DNA of 32,000 nt from Kiritimatiella glycovorans (GCF_001017655.1 NZ_CP010904.1:690001-722000), one strand, 5' to 3'. Numbered from the stretch's first letter, positions 16,956 through 25,020 are shown. The notes: generated by a model from the letters alone, not told the origin. A program made the numbers and translations.

Positions 16956-18064
16956 GAGTGCTCGTCGACGCGCGCGAATTCGTGCCCGGCCGGATCACGG
17001 GGATCGGGCGCTACCTGCTCAACATCCTCCTTCCGCTGAAAGACCAGGGGGATGCTCCCGAGTGCATCCTGGCGGGCGACCCCGCGGCGATGCCGCCGGA
17101 ACTGGCGGGACCGCGGTTCCGCCGGGTCGCGGTCCCGGTCCGCCAGACGCAGCTCGCGGATCAGTGGGGTCTGCCGCATCTGGCCCGCCGATGGGAGGCG
17201 GACATCTTCTTCTCGCCGTACTACAAGGCCCCCCTGCGGTGTCCGGCTTCGGTCGTGCTGAGCGTTCCGGATGTCGCCTTTCTCCACCTCCCGGACGGTC
17301 CGCGCGGATTGAAGCGCGCGCTGGTGAAGGCCCAGCTCAGGGCGTCGCTGCGCAGGGCGGTGCGGGTGATCGCGATCTCGGACTGCACGCGGCGCGATCT
17401 CATATCGTTCGAACCCTCGGCGGCCGGAAAAATCACGGTGGTATACAATGACTACCCGGCGGCGTGGGACCGCCCGCTTCCGGGGGGGTCCCCCGTGGAC
17501 CGACCATTCATGCTCTACGTGGGTACGTTCAAACCGTACAAGCACGTCGACACGCTGGTCCGGGCCTGCGGTCTGCTGCGTGAACGGTTCCGGGAGCGGA
17601 GATGGAAGCTGGTGCTCGTCGGCGGCGCACCACCGGAAGAACGCGCGAAGATCGAGGCGCTGATCCGGGAGAAGGGTTTGGAAGACCTGGTCGAGCTGCG
17701 GTCGGGGCTGCCGGACGACGAACTGCGCCGTCATTACGCCCACGCGCGGTGGTTCGTGACGGCGTCGGGCTACGAAGGGTTCGGCCTGCCGCTGCTCGAA
17801 GCCATGGCCGCGGGTTGTCCGGCGGTCTATCACCGCGCCGCGTCCATGCCGGAGGTGGTCGGGGACACGGGGATCGCGTTCGACGATCCTTCGCCGCAGA
17901 CGGCGGCCGAGGCGATGGCGCGGGCCATGGACGAAGACGAGGCCGGGCGGGACGCGCTCGGACGCCGGGCGAGGGAACGCGCGGAACGTAAGTTTGCGCC
18001 GGGCAGCTGCGCCGCGGGGACGTGGGACGTGATAAGGGATGCCGTCGGGGGAGGGGGGGGGTAG
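16952..18064 (+). CDS. Glycosyltransferase family 4 (GT-B)
   Basis: ATGA overlap with the upstream GT. ITGIGRYLLN and EGFGLPLLEAMAAGCPAVYHRAASMPEVVGDTGIAFD. It ends VGGGGG-stop within a G5-A-G9 tract. Confidence 0.88.
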   Translation: MRVLVDAREFVPGRITGIGRYLLNILLPLKDQGDAPECILAGDPAAMPPELAGPRFRRVAVPVRQTQLADQWGLPHLARRWEADIFFSPYYKAPLRCPASVVLSVPDVAFLHLPDGPRGLKRALVKAQLRASLRRAVRVIAISDCTRRDLISFEPSAAGKITVVYNDYPAAWDRPLPGGSPVDRPFMLYVGTFKPYKHVDTLVRACGLLRERFRERRWKLVLVGGAPPEERAKIEALIREKGLEDLVELRSGLPDDELRRHYAHARWFVTASGYEGFGLPLLEAMAAGCPAVYHRAASMPEVVGDTGIAFDDPSPQTAAEAMARAMDEDEAGRDALGRRARERAERKFAPGSCAAGTWDVIRDAVGGGGG

Positions 18065-18065
18065 T

Positions 18066-19100
18066 TTCGTGGCAACAACCCGCTTCGCGGGTTTCGTGAA
18101 AGTCGGGGGGGGAGATCGTGGCAGGCCCTTACGGGCTTCGTGGCAGTCGGGGGGAGAGTCGTGTCAACGGCCCATACGGGCCTCGTGGCAGTCGGGGGGA
18201 GAGTCGTGGCAACGGCCCTTACGGGCCTCGTGGCAGTCGGGGAAAGCTCCGTTCCTCCGAGGCGCGCAGCGCCGTTGCCCCGAGCGCAGCGTTGTCCCGA
18301 GGCGCGCAGCGCCGTTTTCACGAGCGAAGCGTGGGGGAGATCGTGGCAGTCGGGAAAACCGTGTCAACGGCCCATACGGGCCTCGAGGCAGTCGGGGAAA
18401 GCTCCGTTCCTCCGAGGCGCGCAGCGCCGTTGCCTCGAGCGCAGCGTTCCCACGAGGCGCGTAGCGCCGTTTTCACGAGCGAAGCGTGGAAGATCGTGGC
18501 AACAACCCGCTTCGCGGGTTTCGTGAAAGTCGGGGGGAGAGTCGTGTCAACGGTCCAAGGGCCTCGTGGCAGTCGGGGACGTGCCGTTTCCCCGAGCGCA
18601 GCGTTGTCCCGAGGCGCGCAGCGCCGTTTTCACGAGCGAAGCGTGGGGGAGATCGTGGCAGTCGGGAAAACCGTGTCAACGGCCCAAGGGCCTCGTGGCA
18701 GTCGGGGAAAGCTCCGTTCCTCCGAGGCGCGCAGCGCCGTTGCCTCGAGCGCAGCGTTCCCACGAGGCGCGTAGCGCCGTTTTCACGAGCGAAGCGTGGA
18801 AGATCGTGGCAACAACCCGCTTCGCGGGTTTCGTGAAAGTCGGGGGGAGATCGTGTCAACGGCCCATACGGGCCTCGTGGAAGTCGGGGGAAATGCCGTT
18901 CCACGAGCGCAGCGTTGTCCCGAGGCCGAAGGCCGTTTCTCCGAGGCGCGCAGCGCCGTTGCCTCGAGCGCAGCGTTCCCACGAGGCGCGTAGCGCCGTT
19001 TTCACGATCCCCCCCGAGGCCGAAGGCCGTTGCCACGAGCGCAGCGTTTCCACGAGGCGCGCAGCGCCGTTCCCACGAGCGAAGCGTGGAAGATCGTGCC
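18066..19100. repeat. About 1-kb mosaic array of short GC-rich hairpin modules with a 312-bp higher-order repeat
   Basis: Recurring modules are TCGTGGCAGTCGGGG (about 12x including variants), CAACGGCCC-ATAC-GGGCC, ACCCGC-TTC-GCGGGT, GAGGCGC-GCA-GCGCCGTT, CACG-AGCGAAG-CGTGG and GGCC-GAA-GGCC. 18281-18592 is repeated at 18593-18903. 18391-18540 and 18701-18850 read identical. Confidence 0.9.
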
Positions 19101-19156
19101 CTCCATTTGATCCGTGCTCGTGCCGGAATGGAAAGCCATCAACGCAGACCTGATCT

Positions 19157-19540
19157 TCAATCCGCCATCAGCCCCCGCAGGGTCTGCTCGAACGATTCGA
19201 TCGTGAATTCACCCTTCTGCACGACCGCGTCGCAGGAACCGGACAGTTTTTCCGTCTCCTGCTCGGAGGTGTTGGCGCCGGTGAGGATGATCGTTTTCAT
19301 CTGTTCAAAAAGGGGATTCTGCCGCACGTAGTCCAGCAGGTCCCACCCGGTCAGTTTCGGGAGCAGAAGGTCCACGATCATGATCCGGTAGAGGCCGGGC
19401 GAGGAGTCCAGTTTCTTCATCGCCTCTTCGCCGTTGCCCGCCAGGTCGTATTCGAGGTTCATGCGGCGGAGCAGCTTGGAGAGCAGCTGCTGGACGGGTC
19501 GCTCGTCCTCGACGATTAAAACTCGCTTGGGCCTTTCCAT
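19157..19540 (-). CDS. Single-domain response regulator (CheY-like receiver)
   Basis: VLIVEDE, the phospho-acceptor context IMIVDLLLP, and a conserved T (ILTG) and K (VQKG). ATG 19540 is 16 nt downstream of the ATPase stop. Confidence 0.85.
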   Translation of the reverse strand: MERPKRVLIVEDERPVQQLLSKLLRRMNLEYDLAGNGEEAMKKLDSSPGLYRIMIVDLLLPKLTGWDLLDYVRQNPLFEQMKTIILTGANTSEQETEKLSGSCDAVVQKGEFTIESFEQTLRGLMAD

Positions 19541-19556
19541 GATATTCCCTTTCGCT

Positions 19557-20372
19557 TCAGTTCAAGTCCCTGCAGGTCTCCTGCAGAAGGTCGAGGTCGA
19601 TCTTCCTGGAATCCGCCATGGCGGCGGCGGTCAGCGCCAGGTCACAGATCCTGTTGATCTCGCGCGGGTTGCCCCGCGATTCGGTGGCGATGACTTCGTA
19701 GCAGGCGGGATCGAAGACATCGGTCGGTCCGTCGGCCTTCCGCAGCCGGTGACGGATGTAGGGCTCGGTTTCGTCGGGATCGAGCGGGGGCAGGTGCCAC
19801 TTAAGTTCCAGCCGCTGGGCGAGGGGCGGCACCTTTTTGAGCTGTTCGCCGAGTTCGGTCTGGCCGAGGAGCACCACGGTGATCAGCGGCCGGTAATCGG
19901 GCTGGTAGTTCAGCAGCATCCGCAGTTCCTCGAAAACGCGCGCGTCGGGGATCAGGTGCGCCTCGTCGATCGCCAGCACGATATGCCGTCCCGCCGAAGA
20001 GGTGCGCTGAAGCAGGTCGTTGATCCCGTGCACCACGTCGTATTTGGTTTCCCCCTTCAGTTCCCAGCCCAGGCAGAAGGAGATTTCGCGGAGGAGTTCC
20101 ACCGGTTCGAGCAGCGGATTGACCACCTGGCCGGTGACATACCGCGCCGCATCGAGCCGGCTTGAAACCCAGTTCCAGAGGAGGGTCTTGCCGGTGCCGT
20201 AATCGCCCGTGAGAAGCGTGAAGGCGTGCTGCTTCTCGATAGCCAGCCGCAGCCGCACCTGGGCCTCCTCGTGCCCCCGGCTCTCGAAGTAGATCCGGGG
20301 GTCGGTATGATTGGCGAACGGCGCCCCGGAAACCCCCCAGAACTCGCATAGATCAGGCATTACCGTGCTCAT
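19557..20372 (-). CDS. ExeA/GspA-like AAA ATPase (type found in PEP-CTERM/EPS loci)
   Basis: FWGVSGAPF, Walker A LTGDYGTGKT, Walker B VLAIDEAHL, LLGQTEL and GNPREINRICD. The start is taken at ATG 20372 (MSTVMPDL). The track start at 20444 is a GTG inside the family B repeat. Confidence 0.8.
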   Translation of the reverse strand: MSTVMPDLCEFWGVSGAPFANHTDPRIYFESRGHEEAQVRLRLAIEKQHAFTLLTGDYGTGKTLLWNWVSSRLDAARYVTGQVVNPLLEPVELLREISFCLGWELKGETKYDVVHGINDLLQRTSSAGRHIVLAIDEAHLIPDARVFEELRMLLNYQPDYRPLITVVLLGQTELGEQLKKVPPLAQRLELKWHLPPLDPDETEPYIRHRLRKADGPTDVFDPACYEVIATESRGNPREINRICDLALTAAAMADSRKIDLDLLQETCRDLN

Positions 20373-20432
20373 GGCTCGGACTTTACCCGGGCCCGTCGGG
20401 GAATTCAAACTGTTTGTTCTGGTCTCAAGTTG

Positions 20433-20504
20433 CAGGTTTCTCACTCCCTCTTACTCTGACTCTGACTCTGACTCTGACTCTGATTCTGATTCTGATTCTG
20501 ACTC
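20433..20504 (-). repeat. Repeat family B copy, sense to the wecA-like gene
   Basis: The reverse complement reads (GAGTCA)(GAATCA)3(GAGTCA)4 GAGTAAGAGGGAGTGAGAAACCTG. It covers the last 17 codons and the stop of the upstream gene. Confidence 0.85.
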
Positions 20505-21656
20505 CGCCCCTCTCCTCTTCAGAGCGGCGTGTTCCAGCATAGCCACGAAGACGTACAGGAGGACGACCTGGAGAGCGATGACCAGCGATTCGAGCAGGGT
20601 CGAATGGATCAGTCCCAGGGCGTCGAGGGCGATGGAGAAGTTGAGCAGCCAGACGACCAGCACGGTTTGCGTGTGGCTCCATCCCAGCATATTGAAGCGG
20701 TGATGGATGTGGTCCCTGCCGGTGTAGTTGATCCACTGCCGGACGGTCCGCACCCGGCCGTCCGCGATGCGCGCGACGGTGGTGAAGATCATGTCATAGA
20801 TGGCGACATTCAGGATGACGACGGGAACCAGGAACGAGGTGATGTTCTGGCCCCGGGACTCGGACCACGTTCCGAGCAGGCCCAGCGCCGCGAGCATGAA
20901 TCCGATCGTGGTGCTGCCGCTGTCGCCCAGGAAGATGCGTCCCGGCCGCGTGTTGTAGCCCAGGAAGATCACGCAGGCGGCGCCCAGTGCCGCCGAACAG
21001 TAGGCCAGCGCGGGCTGGTTGAGCATCAGGGCCAGCGCGGTGAAGGCGAACGCGCTGCCCGCGCCGAGGCCGGAGACCAGTCCGTTCATTCCGTCGAGGA
21101 AATTGACCGCGTTGGTGATGCCCACCACCCAGAGCACGGTAATTCCCAGTTCCAGCGCATGACCCCACCACGTCGGCGGAAGGAACGTGACGCGGATTCC
21201 GCCCGCGATCAGGATGAACGTCGCGGCGAGCTGCACGAGAAAACGCAATCCCGCGCGCACACTTACATAGTCGTCGATGACACCCACAAGAAATACGGGG
21301 GCGGTGGCGAGCAGGACGATGCGCACTTCGAATATCGAGTGGTAGCCCGACAGCACGCCGATCAGGATGCCCGCATACAGCGCAATGCCGCCCCAGCGGG
21401 GCACGCTGTATTCATGAATCTTGCGCGAACCGGGGTCGGGGATGTCCAGTGCGCCGAGACGCCGGCCGAGTTGAATTACGGGCGGGGTGAGCACGAACAC
21501 CGCCGCCGCGGTGACGAAGGCCACGAGGGTTACATGACGAAGCCCCGTCCAGGCGAAACGGGTAATCAGCGCGGCGAGCGCGAAAAGCACGAGGCACCCG
21601 GTGCCGCCGATCGTCCCCCCCGTGAAAAAAGGCAGTCTCGAATCCTCTTCGCTCAC
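20451..21656 (-). CDS. Polyprenyl-phosphate HexNAc-1-phosphate transferase (MraY/WecA/WbpL family) with an (ES)8E tail
   Basis: Multi-TM protein with NAVNFLDGMNGLVSG and FLGDSGS motifs. The start is GTG 21656, overlapping the DegT stop (GTGA), with AAGGAG 8 nt upstream. The longer track ORF (to 21986) overlaps degT out of frame. Confidence 0.85.
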   Translation of the reverse strand: MSEEDSRLPFFTGGTIGGTGCLVLFALAALITRFAWTGLRHVTLVAFVTAAAVFVLTPPVIQLGRRLGALDIPDPGSRKIHEYSVPRWGGIALYAGILIGVLSGYHSIFEVRIVLLATAPVFLVGVIDDYVSVRAGLRFLVQLAATFILIAGGIRVTFLPPTWWGHALELGITVLWVVGITNAVNFLDGMNGLVSGLGAGSAFAFTALALMLNQPALAYCSAALGAACVIFLGYNTRPGRIFLGDSGSTTIGFMLAALGLLGTWSESRGQNITSFLVPVVILNVAIYDMIFTTVARIADGRVRTVRQWINYTGRDHIHHRFNMLGWSHTQTVLVVWLLNFSIALDALGLIHSTLLESLVIALQVVLLYVFVAMLEHAALKRRGAESESESESESESESESE

Positions 21657-22708
21657 AGATGCAGCTCCTTTCGGGCCGCGCTGAGCGTCCGGCCTGTAAA
21701 GTCCGCCTCTTCTTCCGTCAAAGCGGCGTAGAGCGGAATGGAGAGGTAGCGCTCGAAGGCGTCCTCCGTTCGGGGACAGCGGTCGCCGGTGGCCCGGTGG
21801 ACGGGGCGGCGGACGGGCCGGCGGGCCGCGATGCCGCGGCGCTGGAAGAAGTCCTCGACTGCGCGGGCCCGCTCTCCGCAATCGAGAAGATAGCGGAAAC
21901 AGAGGGTCTGCGGCGCAGGTGTGCCGCTCATCCGCCGCCGGAGCGAGAGCGGGCCCGCGGCCTCGTCGTAGCGGTCCGCGAGCCATTCGCGCCGCCGCCG
22001 GCGGGTTTCCAGGGTGTCCACCGAGCGGCGGGCGAGCGCGGCGTGGAGGTCGCTCATCTTGAAATTGAAGGCCCGCGGGTCGGGCTCGCCCTTATCGCAG
22101 TCCCGCAACCGCCGCAGCTCCTCCGCGCAGCCGTCGTCGTTTACCAGGACCGCTCCGCCCTCGCCGCCGGGCGCCAGCTTGGTGGCGTAAAAGGACAGGA
22201 TGGCGAACGATCCCGCCATACCCATGGGCCGGCCGCCGGGCAGGGCGCCGCCCAGCGACTGGGCGCAGTCTTCGATGACCGGAAGGCCGCAGTCTGCAAG
22301 TGCCTCCACCGGCGCGGCGAATCCGCAGGTGTGGGGGAGGATGACGGCGCAGGTGCGGTCGTTGATCCGGGAGGCGACCGCCTCCGCCCGGGGGACGACG
22401 CCGGTGGGGGGCAGATCGACGCACACCGGGCGAAGGGCGGCGTGATGGGCGGCGGCGTAAAGCGAGTGACAGGTGAAGGAGGGCATCAGGACTTCGCCCT
22501 CCGGACTCCGCGCAACGACCGCCAGGGCCAGGTAAAGCGCAGCCGTCCCCGAAGAGACCGCTACCGCCCGGCGACCCTGAAACCGTTCCTCGAGCTGCCG
22601 TTCCAGCGCTTCCGTTTCAGGGCCCTGGCCGAGCCGGCGGCCCCGCAGCGCCTCCGCGACGGCGTCTTCCCCGGCGTCGTCCGTTTCGGGCCTGGAGTGC
22701 GGGATCAT
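21653..22708 (-). CDS. DegT/DnrJ/EryC1/StrS-family PLP-dependent sugar aminotransferase
   Basis: SSGTAALYLAL and SFYATKLAPGGEGGAV (PLP lysine context). ATGA overlap with the upstream gene. Confidence 0.85.
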   Translation of the reverse strand: MIPHSRPETDDAGEDAVAEALRGRRLGQGPETEALERQLEERFQGRRAVAVSSGTAALYLALAVVARSPEGEVLMPSFTCHSLYAAAHHAALRPVCVDLPPTGVVPRAEAVASRINDRTCAVILPHTCGFAAPVEALADCGLPVIEDCAQSLGGALPGGRPMGMAGSFAILSFYATKLAPGGEGGAVLVNDDGCAEELRRLRDCDKGEPDPRAFNFKMSDLHAALARRSVDTLETRRRRREWLADRYDEAAGPLSLRRRMSGTPAPQTLCFRYLLDCGERARAVEDFFQRRGIAARRPVRRPVHRATGDRCPRTEDAFERYLSIPLYAALTEEEADFTGRTLSAARKELHL

Positions 22709-23556
22709 GATTCCGGGCCGTCGTCGGCCGTCATCTCCACGATACGGTCTTCGAGTTCCGTGTAGCGGCGGAAAAAATTGAGCCAGAACGTGCCGGCGTC
22801 GAACCCGTACAACCCGTCGAACGGCGCTTTGCGCCGCTTATCGCCGCGGCTGCCGTCGAACACAAAATAACCCTTGCCGAGCGGAAGCTCGCCGAAGACC
22901 GCCAGCCCCGATTCGCGGAAGACGGTCCGGAAGGCCTCTTTGGCATAGTCCGAATGCGGGATGTAATACCCGTGACGCACCATGCGGACGCGGTAGACCC
23001 CGATGTTGAGCGGGTGATAGGGGATTTCCTGGTGGTCGGAGGCCAGGTTCACGACCCGGGCCAGAAGGACGTCGGGGGCGTCTTTTTTGGGGAGCGCCAG
23101 CCAGCGGATGCCGAACGCCGATTCAAACGAACAGTCGCCGCGCATCCACAGGATGCCGCCTTTCTCAACCCAGCGGGAGAGCAGATTGCGCTCCGTTTCA
23201 CCCAGGTCGTGCGAGGTTACCGAGGTCATCTCCACAATACCGCGCGGTCCCGCCTGCTCGAGGTGCTGTTCGAGATTGGGCATTTCCTCCGCGGTCACCT
23301 TGGTGACCGGAAGAAGCGAGTAGATCTGCCACAGGGTCTCGGCGGAAGGCGTGGCGGTCGTGAACGGCGCGACATCCTTGTCCCAGCTCTCGCGCAGCCG
23401 GGTGGCCGCCGCGGGATTGAGCGCCTCCGCGTTCGGGGGGGTGACTTCCGGGGGGCGGTTGATGCACGAGACGAGCGCGAGGGCGGCAATCGCCGGCGCG
23501 GACAGTTTGAGTGCGGTCAACATAACGACTCTCCCGTTGAGGATGGCGGCGCGCAT
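22705..23556 (-). CDS. Hypothetical lipoprotein, no family recognised
   Basis: Lipobox LALVSC after a hydrophobic h-region. AAGGAA lies 6 nt upstream of ATG 23556, and ATG 23523 is an alternative start. Codon usage matches the neighbours. It sits inside the operon between the PIG-L and DegT genes. Confidence 0.6.
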   Translation of the reverse strand: MRAAILNGRVVMLTALKLSAPAIAALALVSCINRPPEVTPPNAEALNPAAATRLRESWDKDVAPFTTATPSAETLWQIYSLLPVTKVTAEEMPNLEQHLEQAGPRGIVEMTSVTSHDLGETERNLLSRWVEKGGILWMRGDCSFESAFGIRWLALPKKDAPDVLLARVVNLASDHQEIPYHPLNIGVYRVRMVRHGYYIPHSDYAKEAFRTVFRESGLAVFGELPLGKGYFVFDGSRGDKRRKAPFDGLYGFDAGTFWLNFFRRYTELEDRIVEMTADDGPES

Positions 23557-23592
23557 ATCGTTCCTTATGCGATGAGGTTAATATAAATGCGT

Positions 23593-24204
23593 TCAGAGGG
23601 GAAGCATTACGCGCAGCGGATCGAAGGCCTCCGCGTAGCGCACTTTGGCGACGAATCCGTAGTACATCGCCAGGGCGCGGACGCTGGCGCACATGTCCAG
23701 CCCGGCCGGATTCGGTTTGCCGGTCTGAGAGGCGTGGGCGGAGAGCAGATCGACCTTGCGCCCGAGGACCTCGCCGATGTCCACGAACGTGTGACCGCGG
23801 AAGTCGATCGAGGTGTAGTCGTGGTAATAGAGAAGGTTCTTCACGTACCGGCACGCAGCGGAGGTGCTTTTGGCAAGGGCGCGGTGATCCTGGTGTGAGT
23901 CCTCGGGGGAGTTGACCAGCACGAGGTCCGGCTCGATCCGTTCCACGGCCGACTCGACCACCGTAATCAGTTCGCGGCCGTAGACGAGCGAGGTATCCCT
24001 GAATCCGCCCCAGTTCAATTCCGCGCCGAGCAGGTCTGCCGCGCGTTCCTGCTCCTGCTGCCGGACGCCGGCGGTGGCCTCGTCGATGCCGCACGTCATG
24101 ACGAGCAGGTGGATCCGGTGGCCCGCGTCCGCCGCCTTGAGCAGCGTACCCCCGCACCCGTATTCGATGTCGTCAGGATGAGCCCCGATGGCCAGCAGAT
24201 TCAT
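23593..24204 (-). CDS. PIG-L/LmbE-family deacetylase
   Basis: LLAIGAHPDDIEYGCGGT and a later HQDH. ATG 24204 is preceded by GGAGG and overlaps the wbqC 3' end by 32 nt. Confidence 0.85.
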   Translation of the reverse strand: MNLLAIGAHPDDIEYGCGGTLLKAADAGHRIHLLVMTCGIDEATAGVRQQEQERAADLLGAELNWGGFRDTSLVYGRELITVVESAVERIEPDLVLVNSPEDSHQDHRALAKSTSAACRYVKNLLYYHDYTSIDFRGHTFVDIGEVLGRKVDLLSAHASQTGKPNPAGLDMCASVRALAMYYGFVAKVRYAEAFDPLRVMLPL

Positions 24205-24931
24205 ACGCCGCCTCCTTCCGGTAGGGTTTCGCCGTTCCCGAGCCGACGATGAGTTCGCGGCCCCGTTCGGGCCCGGCATTGAAGAGCAGGTCCAGCGCCG
24301 ACATGCACGGCTCGAACTCCTGTTCCGCGCCGGCGACCACCTGGGGGTACGCCGGATGCTCGAAGTGCTGAAGATGCAGGTCGAGCCCCTCTTCGTCGAA
24401 GGCGCCGGTATCCATGTAGTGCGGGCCGTCCTTCCCGCTGAGGTACGTGTCGCATCCGAGATGACGGCAGAGGTCGATCAGGCGACGCGTGGGTTCCCTG
24501 CGCGTCTGCGGGAGGGCCGAGGCGGTCTCGAAGGCGGTCTCCAGCCCGAACGCGTCGCACAGCCAGCGCACGGTGGCCTCGTTGAGCTGCGCCAGGTCCC
24601 GCCAGGGGCGGTCGATCAGCTCGTGGAGCGAGTCCCGGTATTCCCGGTAGTAGGGCGCCTTCCCGTAGCTCGTGCTGATCGCGGTCAGGACCTTGCGCCG
24701 CCAGGGTTCTCCCGCGGCGGGCTGCACGTCGTGGATGGGATCGCCGAAGTGGAAGCGCACGGGCACCGTCAGCCACATCCACCCGCCGGGGGTGCGGATG
24801 CGGTTGCGGTTCTGGTACTCGTTCTTCTTGAACTGGACGTGATCGAGGAACACGAATACGTCCGCGAGAGCAATCTTGTTCAGATACCCGAGCCAAGGCA
24901 TGAACTGCGGTTGGTGTATCGCGCAACGCAT
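24173..24931 (-). CDS. WbqC-family protein
   Basis: MRCAIHQPQFMPWLGYLNKIALADVFVFLDHVQFKKNEYQNRNRI is the characteristic WbqC N-terminus. GGAGG lies 9 nt upstream of the start. Confidence 0.85.
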   Translation of the reverse strand: MRCAIHQPQFMPWLGYLNKIALADVFVFLDHVQFKKNEYQNRNRIRTPGGWMWLTVPVRFHFGDPIHDVQPAAGEPWRRKVLTAISTSYGKAPYYREYRDSLHELIDRPWRDLAQLNEATVRWLCDAFGLETAFETASALPQTRREPTRRLIDLCRHLGCDTYLSGKDGPHYMDTGAFDEEGLDLHLQHFEHPAYPQVVAGAEQEFEPCMSALDLLFNAGPERGRELIVGSGTAKPYRKEAAYESAGHRGSS

Positions 24932-25020
24932 TACGGCAGCCTCCGGGAGCGAGGATAAGTGGACATTTCGCCTTCCTCAAGCAAACAAAGCCGACTATTG
25001 TGCGGGAGACGGGAGGGCCT

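Noticed and set aside
18118-18774. Repetitive protein ORFs across the array, for example the 218-aa GPYGPRGSRGES... ORF and 18473-19036 (-).
   Set aside because: Several frames on both strands are open at once. There is no ATG with an SD, and the repeat period (312 bp plus 1-2 nt indels between copies) does not preserve a frame. The composition is that of the hairpin DNA, not of a protein.
18066-19100. Possible CRISPR array.
   Set aside because: Repeat spacing is irregular (about 42-181 bp between copies of the same module). The sequences between the repeats are themselves repeated modules rather than unique spacers. No cas genes or leader are present.
20373-20444. The 24 extra N-terminal codons of the ATPase ORF (track start 20444).
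   Set aside because: That start is a GTG lying inside the family B repeat. The conserved ATPase N-terminus begins near MSTVMPDLCEFWG (ATG 20372).
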